Of a stretch of DNA of 64,000 nt, positions 31,988-42,305 are shown piece by piece; the stretch's first letter is position 1, and the number at the start of each line of letters is the position of its first letter. Source of the DNA: Alphaproteobacteria bacterium (GTDB taxonomy: Bacteria > Pseudomonadota > Alphaproteobacteria > JAAXGF01); assembly GCA_963555825.3 (NCBI GenBank), contig CAUVXB020000002.1, forward strand, positions 1,728,001 to 1,792,000, given 5' to 3'. The translations under genes were made by a program, and so were the position numbers. Below the pieces are notes generated by a model that did no database searches, was not told the DNA's origin, and worked only from the letters and a program-made list of their open reading frames with translations.

Positions 31988-32953
31988 TCAGCTCTCGTCG
32001 GCGGGCGGCGGCGGTTCGGCCGGCCGGCCTTGGCGCCAGGCCAGGATCTCGAAGGGTCGCGCGCCACGCGGTGTCAGGCGCAAGACGGCCTCGCGCACGA
32101 AGACCGCGCCCCGGCCGCCGAGCGCCTCGACGCGGATCGTGACGACCCGGCCGCGCGAGCGCGCGACATAGCTCTTGAGGCCGACGATCGTCGTCGCGCC
32201 CTGGGTGGCGTCGTCCTCGGCGGCGGTCGCGCGGCTGTCGAGAAGGGTCTCGATGTCGGCATCGGTAATGCCGGGAATCGCGCTCAGCACCACCGCCGAT
32301 GCCTTCGACGGGTCGATCCGGCCGCCGCGCCCGGCGTGGACCGTCAGATGCGGCGCCGCCAGCTCGTAGAGCGCACGGGTCATGCCGAGCACCTGCTCGA
32401 GTTCGGCGACCGTCGCGAACGCCGCGTCCTTGGCCTCCCAGGCGAGCCCCGCGGCGCGGTAGTCGTCGTCTTCGGCGCCATCGGCGCGCGCGACGTCGTC
32501 GGCGTCGCGGAAGTCGGCGATGGCGTGGACTAGCAGGCGCGCATGCTCGGGCTCGGCGCCGAGCGCGAGGAACAGGCCCTCGACCATGTCGTCGGGCGCG
32601 CGGTTGAGATCGACCTTGCCGGCCTCGTCGAAAATGCTGATGGCGACCTCGCCGCCGCCGAAGGCCCACGGATAGAGCCGGCCGTCGCTCTGCCAGCGCG
32701 CCTCCGGGTCGCGGTCCAGCAGGCCGATGACGGCGCGGTAGACGCCGGCGTCGGCGAGCGCGCGCGCCTCGGCGTTGCCGAGCAGGTTGCGTGCGACCTG
32801 CGTCTCGACGGTGGTGTCGCGCAGGAACCCGGCGGCCATCACCGACAGCAGCACCAAGACCCACAGCACCGCGACCAGCGCAACGCCACGCGGTCGGGTG
32901 GCGGGTGGCGGCGTGGCGCTATTGCGTTTCGTCCGACCGCGGCTCGTCGTCAT
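31988..32953 (-). CDS. gspK: T2SS minor pseudopilin GspK
   Basis: RGVALVAVLWVL, DEAGKVDLN, IADFRDAD and ELEQVLGM. Confidence 0.88.
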   Translation of the reverse strand: MTTSRGRTKRNSATPPPATRPRGVALVAVLWVLVLLSVMAAGFLRDTTVETQVARNLLGNAEARALADAGVYRAVIGLLDRDPEARWQSDGRLYPWAFGGGEVAISIFDEAGKVDLNRAPDDMVEGLFLALGAEPEHARLLVHAIADFRDADDVARADGAEDDDYRAAGLAWEAKDAAFATVAELEQVLGMTRALYELAAPHLTVHAGRGGRIDPSKASAVVLSAIPGITDADIETLLDSRATAAEDDATQGATTIVGLKSYVARSRGRVVTIRVEALGGRGAVFVREAVLRLTPRGARPFEILAWRQGRPAEPPPPADES

Positions 32954-33512
32954 CTTCGCTCTCGGCCTCGGGCTCGGCCGGCTCCGGTTGCTGTGTCGTG
33001 CGCTTTTTCCGGCGCTTCGGCCGCGTCGCGTCGGTCAGCTTGAGCACTTCGGTCGCGTCGCCCTGGCTAAGCGTCATGGTGTCGGGCTCGATGGCGACGA
33101 CCAGCCAGCCGTCGACGCGCTGGCCGACGACCAGCCTGAGAAAATCGCCGCCCCTGCGCCGCGTCACCAGGGCGACACGCTCGTCCGACGAGGTGACGAT
33201 CCCCAACAGGTTGAACAGGTTGCGCTGGGCTCCGACAGTGGGTTCCGCCTCGACTTCGACCTCCTCCGGCTCGGGCGGTCGGCGCGTCGCCATGAACAGC
33301 GGCCGGGCGACCGTCTCGGAGAAGTCGCCGATCGGCGGCAGCTCGGTGGGCGCCTCGGGCGCATCCACGGCGGCGGCCGGCGGCGCCGGCGCGGCGTCGG
33401 CGTCGATCGCGATCGGGCCCGCCTCGAGCGTGCGCCAGACGTGATAGCCGAGCGCCAGGCAGAGCGCGATGAGCAGCAGCGACGGCCGCCGTCGTGTCTT
33501 GCGCCCGCTCAT
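32919..33512 (-). CDS. T2SS XpsN/GspC-like protein
   Basis: N-terminal TM helix, RPLFMATRRP and LLGIV...GQRVDGW. ATGA overlap with gspM. Confidence 0.7.
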   Translation of the reverse strand: MSGRKTRRRPSLLLIALCLALGYHVWRTLEAGPIAIDADAAPAPPAAAVDAPEAPTELPPIGDFSETVARPLFMATRRPPEPEEVEVEAEPTVGAQRNLFNLLGIVTSSDERVALVTRRRGGDFLRLVVGQRVDGWLVVAIEPDTMTLSQGDATEVLKLTDATRPKRRKKRTTQQPEPAEPEAESEDDDEPRSDETQ

Positions 33513-34084
33513 GACCCGTCGATCCGCATGTAGCCGAAGACGTCGAAGCGCACCTGCAGGATGCCTTGGTTCTTGTTCTTGCGGCGCGAACGCCGCTTGG
33601 GTCCGCGCAGGTCGAGCCGGTCGAGGAACAGGTAGGGCGTCGCCGTTTCGAGCGCGTGAAAGACCGCCTGGGCGGCCTCGGTGTCGGCCATCATGGTCAC
33701 CCGCACGGCGACCTTGCGAAAGGTCTCGCCGTCTTCGGCGGGCAGGATCTGCGTGCTCTTCAACTCGGCATCGTTGGCGTTGGCCAACGCCTTCAGCTTG
33801 TTCTGTATGCCGGCCGTGGCGAGCTCGACGCTGTCGCCCTCGATCAGCCGGCCCGCCGTCGATTGCGTCTCGCGCAGCGCGGCGAGTTGGGCCTCGAGCT
33901 GCTGGCGCTCGAGCGCGATGCGCATGTGGCGGCTCAGCAGGTCGCGCGACTGCTCGATGGTCCTGTCGTGTTCGGCGAAGCGCAGCTTGACCGGCTCGAC
34001 GATGCCGGCCCATGCGCCGAGCGCCGCCGCCGCCAGTAGGACGAGGGCAAGCAGGCGGCTGACGGCGGGCGACAGGCCGTTCAT
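33509..34084 (-). CDS. gspM: T2SS protein GspM
   Basis: TM helix plus coiled coil, LETATPYLFLDRL, and position in the cluster. Confidence 0.82.
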   Translation of the reverse strand: MNGLSPAVSRLLALVLLAAAALGAWAGIVEPVKLRFAEHDRTIEQSRDLLSRHMRIALERQQLEAQLAALRETQSTAGRLIEGDSVELATAGIQNKLKALANANDAELKSTQILPAEDGETFRKVAVRVTMMADTEAAQAVFHALETATPYLFLDRLDLRGPKRRSRRKNKNQGILQVRFDVFGYMRIDGS

Positions 34085-35184
34085 GGCGCAACCTTGTCGG
34101 GTGCGATCCGGAACGACATGTTGAAGCGCTCCAGGCCGGTCCGCGGGTCCTGGGTGACCGACGACCGGAAGCGGGGCCCCTGCAACCTCGGCGACTTGTC
34201 GATCAGGCCGATCAGCGCCGAGGCGGTCGGCGCATAGCCGGCGATGCGCACCTCCTGGGCGGCGACCTTGAGCTCGAACAGCCAGGTGTCGTCGGGCAGG
34301 ATGCGCGTCAGTTCGTCGAGCAGTGTCACGGCCGAAAACGCGTCGCGCCGCTGGCCGCCGAGGAACGCCCGTTCCTTGCGCAGGGCGTCGACCTCTTCGC
34401 GCAGACGGAGCGTCGCCTGCGCCTCGACCTTGGCGACCATGACCCGGGCCAAGAGCGCGTCGGCCGCCGTCTGGCGCCTGTCGAGCGGGATGTACACCGC
34501 GGCCGCGATCAGCCCGGCGGCGACCAGCGCGAGCAGCAGGTTGACCGGTGATGCGCCGGCGCCCGGGCCGGCGACGGTGCCGCCCGGCAGCAGGTTGACG
34601 CGGGGCGCCGCGTCGGCGTCGCGGTCGACGACGTCGACGATGTCGGGTGTCAGGCCCCAGCGCTCGGCGCGCGCGATGGCATCGTCGACGATGGTTCGCG
34701 GAATGACCGTCACCTCGACGGTCAGCCGCTTGGCCTCGGCGTCGCGGCCGATGACCTCGAAGTCAAAATAGACCTCGTCGGGGGTGAACGGCGTCTGGCG
34801 GTCGATCTGGAAATAGAGCGCTTCGCGCAGGTCGGGCTCGGCCGCCCAAGGCAGATCCAACCGGCGTCGCAACACGCGGTCGCCGGGCAGGCGCAGGACC
34901 ACCGGGTTGCGGTTCGGCGCGCCGCGTCGCACCGCCTTGCGCACGGCCTTGCGTTGCGCCGCCTCGTCGATACCGTCGAGCTCGGCGCTGCCGATCTCGC
35001 GGCCGTGCTTGCCTCGGTTGAGCGTGGCGATGATCGAGCCGCCGGCCGGCGCGACGATCAGATACGCCGCGGCCGGGCGGAACAGCCGGCGCAGGCCTTC
35101 GGGCAGGCATTCGGCCAACGCGCCGAACCACCAGGCGAAGAAGCGCGGAATCAGACGGTGCGGGCGGGTCAGGGCGGTGTCCAT
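34081..35184 (-). CDS. gspL: T2SS protein GspL (PilN-domain)
   Basis: FFAWW..L, QIDRQTPF..DEVYFD and LDELTRILPDDTWL. Confidence 0.85.
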   Translation of the reverse strand: MDTALTRPHRLIPRFFAWWFGALAECLPEGLRRLFRPAAAYLIVAPAGGSIIATLNRGKHGREIGSAELDGIDEAAQRKAVRKAVRRGAPNRNPVVLRLPGDRVLRRRLDLPWAAEPDLREALYFQIDRQTPFTPDEVYFDFEVIGRDAEAKRLTVEVTVIPRTIVDDAIARAERWGLTPDIVDVVDRDADAAPRVNLLPGGTVAGPGAGASPVNLLLALVAAGLIAAAVYIPLDRRQTAADALLARVMVAKVEAQATLRLREEVDALRKERAFLGGQRRDAFSAVTLLDELTRILPDDTWLFELKVAAQEVRIAGYAPTASALIGLIDKSPRLQGPRFRSSVTQDPRTGLERFNMSFRIAPDKVAP

Positions 35185-35251
35185 GGGTGTTAAGCGCGAT
35201 TTCAGTTCCCGGTCACTATATCAGGCCGCGGCGATGGCGGATAAGCCTGCC

Positions 35252-35914
35252 TCAGGGGACCATCGGCGCGACGATCAGCGGCGGCCAGGTGCGGCCATCG
35301 TCGTCGTCGAAGGAAATCTCGACGCGGACCAGCACCGGCAGCCCCCTCTTGCCCTCCCAGCGGTCGACCCATTCCGTGTCGCCGCCCTCGGCAGCGGCGC
35401 GCAGGTAGGCGAATTCGACCTCCGCGACGTCGTCGACCAGAACGCTTTCCTGGCCTTCGACGGGGCGCGCGCCGTCGTCGTCCTCGGATTGGTAGAGTTG
35501 CCAGGCCAGCATCAGCCGCTCGCGGCCGTCGTGTTCGTCGACGAACAGCGAAACGCGATAGAGGCCGCCCAGGGCGAGATGGGCGGGCAGGGGTGCGATC
35601 AGACGCATCCGCGTGCCATCGCCAGCGAAGCCGATGACCGATGACTGGTCGTCCTGGCGCGACGCGAGCGGCCGCGCCGCGGCGATCTGACGCCTGAGAA
35701 AGCGTTGCGCGACCTGGACGTCGGCGATGCGTTCGATGCGCGCGTCGCCGGCCTCCCAGGCGCGCGCGCCGAAGCGCAGGCCGCCGAGCATCAGCACCGA
35801 GATGAAGCCGAGCAGGACCAGCGCGACGAGCAGCTCGACCAGCGTGAAGCCGCCGGCGCGCCACTTGCGCGCACTATTCGGCGGGCGCCAGGCGCAGCGT
35901 GGTGAGTGTGACAT
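35252..35914 (-). CDS. gspJ: T2SS minor pseudopilin GspJ (start uncertain)
   Basis: GFTLVELLVAL prepilin motif and W..RW....LP.LVRV. Confidence 0.82.
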   Translation of the reverse strand: MSHSPRCAWRPPNSARKWRAGGFTLVELLVALVLLGFISVLMLGGLRFGARAWEAGDARIERIADVQVAQRFLRRQIAAARPLASRQDDQSSVIGFAGDGTRMRLIAPLPAHLALGGLYRVSLFVDEHDGRERLMLAWQLYQSEDDDGARPVEGQESVLVDDVAEVEFAYLRAAAEGGDTEWVDRWEGKRGLPVLVRVEISFDDDDGRTWPPLIVAPMVP

Positions 35915-36269
35915 CGCGTGGATCATCCCCATCGCCCCAGCTTACCGCGACGACGACCCGGAAGGCACGCCCGGCCGCCGCCTCGTCGTCGCTGTCGGGT
36001 ATCTCGTACGGCTGCACGTCGAGGCGCCAGCGGAAGCGGCCGTCGAAGTCGCCCGACGTCTCGCCCGCCGCCAGCGGCGCCTCGACGCCGACCGCGGCGA
36101 GCATCGATTCGGCATACAGCGTCGCCGTCGTGTAGTCCTCGGCGACGCGCGCGTTGCGCAGCCCGGTCGAGAAAACCTGGATCAGCACGCCGAGCGCCAC
36201 CGCCAGGATCACGAAGGCGACCAGCACCTCGATCAGCGTGAAACCACGCATCTGGCCCGTGGCGGCCAT
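35874..36269 (-). CDS. gspI: T2SS minor pseudopilin GspI
   Basis: RGFTLIEVLVAF. Confidence 0.85.
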   Translation of the reverse strand: MAATGQMRGFTLIEVLVAFVILAVALGVLIQVFSTGLRNARVAEDYTTATLYAESMLAAVGVEAPLAAGETSGDFDGRFRWRLDVQPYEIPDSDDEAAAGRAFRVVVAVSWGDGDDPRDVTLTTLRLAPAE

Positions 36270-36271
36270 GG

Positions 36272-36709
36272 CTAATCCCTGATCGAGACGCGGCCGGTGA
36301 GCCAGTCGACGTCGACATGGTAATCACGCTCGTCCAGCGCGAGCGTCACGCGCCCGCCGGTCGAGCTGCCGTCGGAAAAGAAGCGGATCGTGCCGACGGT
36401 CTCGTCGCCGAGCTCGGACCGCGCGGTCTCCAAGGTGATGTCGAGCGCTTCGTCGAGCGACCGCGTCGCGCGCCCGTCGTCGACCGTGAAGCGATGGGCC
36501 GCGACGTCGAGCGTGAAGGCGACCTCGCGGTTGCGACTGATTGCCAGGCTGCGCGCCGTGCGCAAGCCGGCGGCGACGTCGTGAGCGGCGCTGGTCAGCG
36601 TGACGCCGGGCAGCGCGTTCGAGGCGTAGGGTGCGGCGATGACCAGCATCAGCGCCATGAAGGCGAGCACCACGATAAGCTCGATCAGGGTGAAGCCGCG
36701 CGGCGGCAT
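36272..36709 (-). CDS. gspH: T2SS minor pseudopilin GspH
   Basis: RGFTLIEL, IRFFSDGSSTGG and VDWLTGRV. Confidence 0.87.
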   Translation of the reverse strand: MPPRGFTLIELIVVLAFMALMLVIAAPYASNALPGVTLTSAAHDVAAGLRTARSLAISRNREVAFTLDVAAHRFTVDDGRATRSLDEALDITLETARSELGDETVGTIRFFSDGSSTGGRVTLALDERDYHVDVDWLTGRVSIRD

Positions 36710-36714
36710 GGCGG

Positions 36715-37185
36715 CTACCAGCTCACCAGGTCCTGGTCCTCGTCCTCGCCGCCCTCCTGACCGTCTGCGCCCAGCGAATAGATATCATAGTCGCCGTGCT
36801 CACCCGGGAACCGGTAAATGAAACGGTTGCCCCAGGGATCGTCGATCATCGCGCGCTTCTTGAGGTAGGGCCCGTTCCAACGCTCGGCGTCCGCCGGGCG
36901 CTCGAACAGCGCGTCCAGCCCCTGTTCCTCGGTCGGGTAACCGCCCGCGTCGAGGCGGTAGAGGTCGAGCGTGGCGCCGAGCTGCTGGACCTGGATCGCC
37001 GCGGTGTCCGACTTGGCGCCACCCAGATATTTGAGCACCTGCGGCACCGCGATCAGTGCGAGGAAGCTGAGGATTGCCAGCACGACCAGCAGCTCGAGCA
37101 GGGTGAAACCGCGCGACCGGCGGCGCGGGCGCCGGCCGGACGGCTGAACGACGGTGGCGGGTAGGGCCGCGGCGGAAACGATCAT
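36715..37185 (-). CDS. gspG: T2SS major pseudopilin GspG
   Basis: GFTLLELLVVL, YRLD.G.YP..EQGL, WNGPYL, DPWG and SLGADG. Confidence 0.95.
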   Translation of the reverse strand: MIVSAAALPATVVQPSGRRPRRRSRGFTLLELLVVLAILSFLALIAVPQVLKYLGGAKSDTAAIQVQQLGATLDLYRLDAGGYPTEEQGLDALFERPADAERWNGPYLKKRAMIDDPWGNRFIYRFPGEHGDYDIYSLGADGQEGGEDEDQDLVSW

Positions 37186-38224
37186 TACAAAGCCAGCTCG
37201 TTGACGCTGAGGAAGGCGACGAGAACCGAGCCTATGATAGCAGCAATCAACAATCCCAGGCCAATCGTCAACAATGGCACCAGAAGGCTCAGGAGTCGCT
37301 GGGTGGTCCGGCCGACCTCGCCGTCGAAGATGTCGGCGACCTTGGTGAGCATGGTCTCGAGTGCGCCGGTTTCCTCGCCGACGCGGACCAGCTGGACGGC
37401 GAGCGCGGGGAACGCGCCTGACGCCGCCATCGGCTCGGCCAGGCCCTTGCCCTCCTTGAGCCGGTCGGCGACGCCCTCGACCGCCGCGCCGATCACCGTG
37501 TTGCCCAGCGTGTCCTTGACGATGGTCAGCGCGCCCAACAGCGCGACGCCGTTGCCCAGCAGCGTGCCGAGCGTGCGCGCGAAACGCGCCACCTCGATCT
37601 TGCGGGTGAGGTCGCCGAACAACGGCAGACGCAGCATCATGCCGTCCCAGCGTCGCCGGAAGGCGGCATTGGCGAGCCGGCGGCGCACGAACAGGACCAG
37701 CGCGATGGCGACCAGCGCCATCAACCAGAACCAGCGCTCGAACACCTCGCCCACCGCGACCAGCACCCGCGTCGCGAGCGGCAGGGCCTCGCCGGCGTCA
37801 TCGAACAGTGGCTTGAACTCGGGGATCACCAGGGTCAGCAGGACGATGATAGAAAGCCCGGCCATGACCAGCAGGATCACCGGATAGATCAGCGCCGAGC
37901 GCACGCTGTCGGTCAGCGCCTGCGACTTCTCGAGGAAGCCGGCGAGCCGCGCGAGCACGACATCGAGCGTGCCGCCGGCCTCGCCGGCCCGCACCATCGA
38001 GACGTAGAAGTCGGGGAACGTGCCGTCCTGGTCCGCCATGGCGTCGGCCAGCGTCACGCCGCCACGCACGCCGTCGAGGACGCGCACCAGAAGCTTCGCG
38101 ACATTCTCCTTATCGGCCAGGCCGACCAGGATCTCGAGCGCGCGGTCGAGCGGCAGGCCGGCGCCGAGCATGGTGGCGAGCTCGCCGGTGACCAGCGCGA
38201 CGACGCGGCGCGATACCTTGCGGT
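37185..38224 (-). pseudogene. gspF: T2SS inner-membrane protein GspF, 5'-truncated
   Basis: AGLPL.RAL, AGEAGG.L, SALIYP and VGEETG. The N-terminus is replaced by an IS end at 38225. Confidence 0.88.
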
Positions 38225-38742
38225 GGGTGCGAGTCTCGCATGGCAGTGATGTCTGCGGCTTGGTTCGTTGAGTTCAGGCAGCGATTGCCATGGCTGCTGC
38301 ACGTGGACTGATGTTGTCGTTGGCCGGTGTGTCGGTTGCGCTGATCAGGGCCTTCCATGCCCGCTCGAAGCGGCCGGATTTGATCAGGGCGCGGAAGGTC
38401 AGAACAGCCTGTCCGCCGACGATCCGCCAGCGCATGCCGGAGCGCTTCATGCGCTGTGTCACCAGGGTCTTGTTGGCAGCTTCGACCACGCCTGAGCCGA
38501 TGGCGATGCCCTCTTCCTTCAGGGCGTGGTAGCGCATGCGATGGCGATGCTTGCGGAAGAAGGCGAGTTCCCGCTCGGTCTCGGCCCGGTCCGGCGCAGC
38601 GGCGGCATCGCGAAGGTGGCGCAGCGCCCGGATCACCTTGGCGACGCCACGGGGATCGTGACGGAGGATCTCGCGGTACTTCTCGAACCAGCCGGGCGCC
38701 ACGGCATGGTCGGACGCGGTTTGCAGATGTTCGCAAGCATGC
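38225..38742 (-). mobile_element. ISKra4/ISLre2-like remnant (3' part of transposase)
   Basis: RMRY..L...G..IGSGVVEAANK.LV.QRMKRSGMRW. Cut by IS21. Confidence 0.8.
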
Positions 38743-38933
38743 TGTCAATGGCGGAGCAAAAAGGGACCACCTCGGCGGTGTAAGAAGGGACCGCTTGGCG
38801 GCTGCGGGCTTGTCCCCGTAGTCCACGGGAGGGCCCCGCGCGCGACGCGGCGTGCCCTCAACAGGCTGACGCGGCGGCGCGCGCGGGAGGGACCTGTGGG
38901 CCCACGGGGTCAAGCGTGGGCTGGGTGGTCGGT

Positions 38934-39698
38934 TCAGTTAGCAGTCGGGGTTTGACGCCTGCGGCTCTGGTTGAGCCTGTAGCTGTCACCGTTCATCTCG
39001 AGGATGTTGACGTGGTGGGTGAGGCGATCGAGGAGCGCGCCGGTGAGGCGCTCGGAGCCGAACACCTCGGTCCATTCGTCGAAGGGCAGATTGGTGGTGA
39101 CCAGGGTCGAGCCCCGCTCGTAGCGTTGGCTGAACACCTCGAACAACAGCTCGGCGCCGGTCTTCGACAGCGGCACGAAGCCGAGTTCGTCGACGATCAG
39201 AAGCTTGTAGGTGGCGAGCTTCTTCTGGAACCTCAGCAGCTGCTTGTCATCGCGGGCCTCGATGAGTTCGTGGACCAGCGCGGCGGCGGTGATGAAGCCG
39301 ACCGAGAGGCCCTTCTGGCAGGCCGCCAGGCCGAGACCGAGGGCGATGTGGGTCTTGCCGGTCCCACTGTTGCCGAGCGCGATGAGGTTCTCGCGGCGCT
39401 CGATGTACTCGCAGCGGGCCAGCTCCAGGACCAGCGCCTTGTTGAGCGAGGGGATGACCTTGAAGTCGAAGCTGTCGAGGCTCTTGACCACGGGGAAGCG
39501 CGCCGCCTTGATGCGCCGCTCGACCATGCGGCGCTCGCGGTCGATCAGCTCGAGCTCGGCGAGTCTCAACAGGTAGCGGACGTGATCGACGCCTTCCGAG
39601 GCGCACTGCCGGGCGATCTTGTCGTACTCGCGCAGGAAGGTCGGCAGCTTCAGCGTCTTGAGGTGGTGGGCGAGCAGCACTTGCGGTGTGTCGGTCAT
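38934..39698 (-). CDS. istB: IS21 helper ATPase IstB
   Basis: GNSGTGKT, LLIVDELG, TTNLPF.EW and ALLDRL.HH. Confidence 0.94.
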   Translation of the reverse strand: MTDTPQVLLAHHLKTLKLPTFLREYDKIARQCASEGVDHVRYLLRLAELELIDRERRMVERRIKAARFPVVKSLDSFDFKVIPSLNKALVLELARCEYIERRENLIALGNSGTGKTHIALGLGLAACQKGLSVGFITAAALVHELIEARDDKQLLRFQKKLATYKLLIVDELGFVPLSKTGAELLFEVFSQRYERGSTLVTTNLPFDEWTEVFGSERLTGALLDRLTHHVNILEMNGDSYRLNQSRRRQTPTAN

Positions 39699-41194
39699 GC
39701 GCCGAGCCCCGACAGCAGGCTCATGTACGACTTGGCGGACGTCATCGCGACCCGGGCGCGCGGCAGATACGGATAGACGTCGAGGTTGAGCCTGGGCGGC
39801 CGCCGCTCGATGCGGCACAGTACCAGGTGCTTCACCGCATCAAAGCCGATTGCGCCGAGCCTGAGCGCGTCGCCGACCGCACCCTCGACCTCCTCGAGCC
39901 GGAAGGTCTCCAGTAGACGGAGCACCTGGACGTACTCGCGCTTGCCTGCCTTGCCCATACGAGCTTCGAGGAGCCGCCGCAGAGTGATGAAGGCCTCGGG
40001 CAGGTCCCAGCCCGCCAATGGCGCGGCCTGGTCGAGGGCGCCGATCTTCTGCTCGATCAAGGGCAGGTAATGCAGCGGGTCGAAGATCAGGTCCTCGCTG
40101 TCGTAGGACCGGCGGTGCCGGGCGATCACCTCGGCCCCGCAGCTGATCACCACCTCATCGACGTAGCCCCGGATGAGCACCTCACGGTGGCCGTAGGCCA
40201 CGGGCACGGAATAGTCGTTGCTGCGGTAACGCACCAGCGACAGCGAACTCGCCCGTCCAGGGCGCTTATCGCAGGCATCATAGGGAGCAGGCGGCAATGG
40301 CAAGAGAACTTGACGATCCCGCTCGAGACGCTCGCCGATGGTCTCCTTGTGGCCCCGCAGCCGCGCCGCCTGGCGCCGGCGGCACTGTTCGGCGAGAGCA
40401 TCGTTGAGGGCCGCGAAGCTCTCGGCACGCGGGACGGGGACCAGGAAGTTCCGCCGGATGAAGCCGACCAGTCCCTCGACCTTGCCCTTGTCGTTGCCCT
40501 TGCCCGGCCGGCCGAACCTGTCCTCGAACAGATAGTGGGACTGAAGCTCCGTGAAGACGCGCGTTCGCTGCCGCTTCCCATCGCCCAGGATCCGGGCAAC
40601 CGCCAGCTTGGTGTTGTCGTACAGGATGGATCGGGGGACGCCGCCGAAGAAGGCAAACGCCGCGTTGTGGCCATCGCAGAATGCTTCGGTCGTCTCCGCC
40701 GGATAGGCCGCAACAAAGCAACCATCACTGTGGGGAAGGTCGAAGGCAAGGAAGTGGATCTTCCGTAACGCGCCGCCGATCACCGCCATCGCTTCGCCGA
40801 AGTCCGCCTGGGCGTGACCGGGGGAATGGGAGAGTGGCACGAACACCTCACGCGACCGAAGCCCCTGCTCACGAACGTAGTCCTTCACGATGGTGTAGCC
40901 GCCCGTGAAACCGTACTCGTCCCGGAGGCGGTCGAAGATGCGCTTCGCAGTGTGCCGTTGCTTGCGGTGGCTGGTCCGATCGTCTTCCAAGATCCGATCG
41001 ATGATTCCCGTGAACGGACCCAGCTTTGGCCGCCTCGGCGGCGCGCTTCGGCGATACCCTGGCGGCACCGAGAACGACAGCATCTTACGGACCGTCTTGC
41101 GGTCTACACCAAACACCCGCGAGGCCTCGCGGGTGCTCATCCCCTCGACATGACACGCCCGCCGAACCCGTGCGTACAACTCCACCCGATACAT
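39695..41194 (-). CDS. istA: IS21 transposase IstA
   Basis: AQADFG, FGGVP..ILYDN, KGKVE and NDYSVP. Confidence 0.94.
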   Translation of the reverse strand: MYRVELYARVRRACHVEGMSTREASRVFGVDRKTVRKMLSFSVPPGYRRSAPPRRPKLGPFTGIIDRILEDDRTSHRKQRHTAKRIFDRLRDEYGFTGGYTIVKDYVREQGLRSREVFVPLSHSPGHAQADFGEAMAVIGGALRKIHFLAFDLPHSDGCFVAAYPAETTEAFCDGHNAAFAFFGGVPRSILYDNTKLAVARILGDGKRQRTRVFTELQSHYLFEDRFGRPGKGNDKGKVEGLVGFIRRNFLVPVPRAESFAALNDALAEQCRRRQAARLRGHKETIGERLERDRQVLLPLPPAPYDACDKRPGRASSLSLVRYRSNDYSVPVAYGHREVLIRGYVDEVVISCGAEVIARHRRSYDSEDLIFDPLHYLPLIEQKIGALDQAAPLAGWDLPEAFITLRRLLEARMGKAGKREYVQVLRLLETFRLEEVEGAVGDALRLGAIGFDAVKHLVLCRIERRPPRLNLDVYPYLPRARVAMTSAKSYMSLLSGLGA

Positions 41195-41312
41195 CCCCCC
41201 CGCCTTCCAGTCAGAGCAACCCTGACAGAAGGCTATACGCGGTCCCATTTTGGTCCGCCGCAGCCGGATCGACCGGCCGCTTCAGTGGGGGATTATTGCT
41301 CTGCCGTTCTCA

Positions 41313-41705
41313 TGCATCGGGGCGACAGGTTCCCACGTTCCACACAAGAGCCTGAACCAAGGTAACGCCGCCTTTATGCCGGACGCCATCTGGGCAGTAA
41401 GCAGGCTATCTCCCAGACTTCTCCCGGGCTAACGAAACCCACCCGGTTTTGACGACTTCTTTGCACTTTTCGACACGTCATCAGCGGTTCGCTTGCGCTC
41501 GTCTCCTTGGACCTCACCTGACCGGATATCGTCCAACCTTTTCCTCAACGCTCACCACCATCGCTCTTTACGACAGCAGCTTGAGGCGGTTTGAAGCCTG
41601 CTCCTGCAAGCCGACTTCGAGGGGCCATACCCTCATCTCCTGTGCAGCATGGCTGCTTAGGACTTGCCTAACTCATGGCTCCTCCTTCGCGCCTTCGTGG
41701 CGCAC
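41313..41705 (-). ncRNA. Group II intron, 5' fragment (domain I region; RmInt1-like class), RT ORF lost
   Basis: 5' end GTGCGCCACGAAGGCGCG. EBS1 TTTCGT (41432-37) and EBS2 AAGTGC (41463-68) match the 5' exon. Confidence 0.85.
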
Positions 41706-41999
41706 TCTCGTCCAAGTGCCACCGTTCGGTCGGTCGTGGCCGCCGACGTTGAATCCGCCGCGCATAGGCCCGACCGAATTTCAAGACCCATCTTCGAACT
41801 GTCTCATACGAGATGTCGAGACCACGCTCGGCAAGCAGGTCCTCAACGTCCCGATAGCTCAGCGTGAAACGGCAATAGAGCCAGACGGCATGCTGGATGA
41901 TGATCGGCGGAAAGCAGTGACGATGGTACGATATCTTGCACATTCAGAGACGCTAAAGCACCGGCCGTGCCGAAGCCACGCTGTTAACGTGACAATGCC
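41706..41999 (-). mobile_element. IS6-family 5' remnant (transposase start 41943), host of the intron
   Basis: IR GGCATTGTCAC. FPP.II.HAVWLY.RF.LSYRDVEDLL.ERG..ISYETVRRW..KFG...WHLDE. Confidence 0.9.
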
Positions 42000-42305
42000 C
42001 CAGAGCCGCATAAATAACGTGTTTATTGGAGGTCGATACTGGAAACTGCGCCGTCGTGTCGCTCCTTCTCATCGACGTTGAAACAATCGAAGGAGCTTGA
42101 GGCTGCGTCCTTCAGCCTCATAGCATCTTGTAGCCAGGAGGAGACATTTGTCGGCACCTTTGACATCCCTAATCAGACCATTGGATGGTTGCGGATGGGA
42201 TGCAGTTCTCCCGGCGGTGGAACAGTGGTACGGTTTCCCCAAATTTGGGGATTATCCGGGCAATGTCGGTTTAGATGAGTTCTCTATCGAACGTTCCTGA
42301 AAAAT

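Larger units (their letters stand above)
38743..41312 (-). mobile_element. IS21-family element, no matching TSD
   Basis: TG...CA termini with internal repeats, and istA/istB. The flanks come from two different elements. Confidence 0.92.

Noticed and set aside
42000-42300. Short ORFs between the IS6 remnant and the DUF2924 relic
   Set aside because: No recognisable motifs or consistent codon bias; probably decayed DNA.
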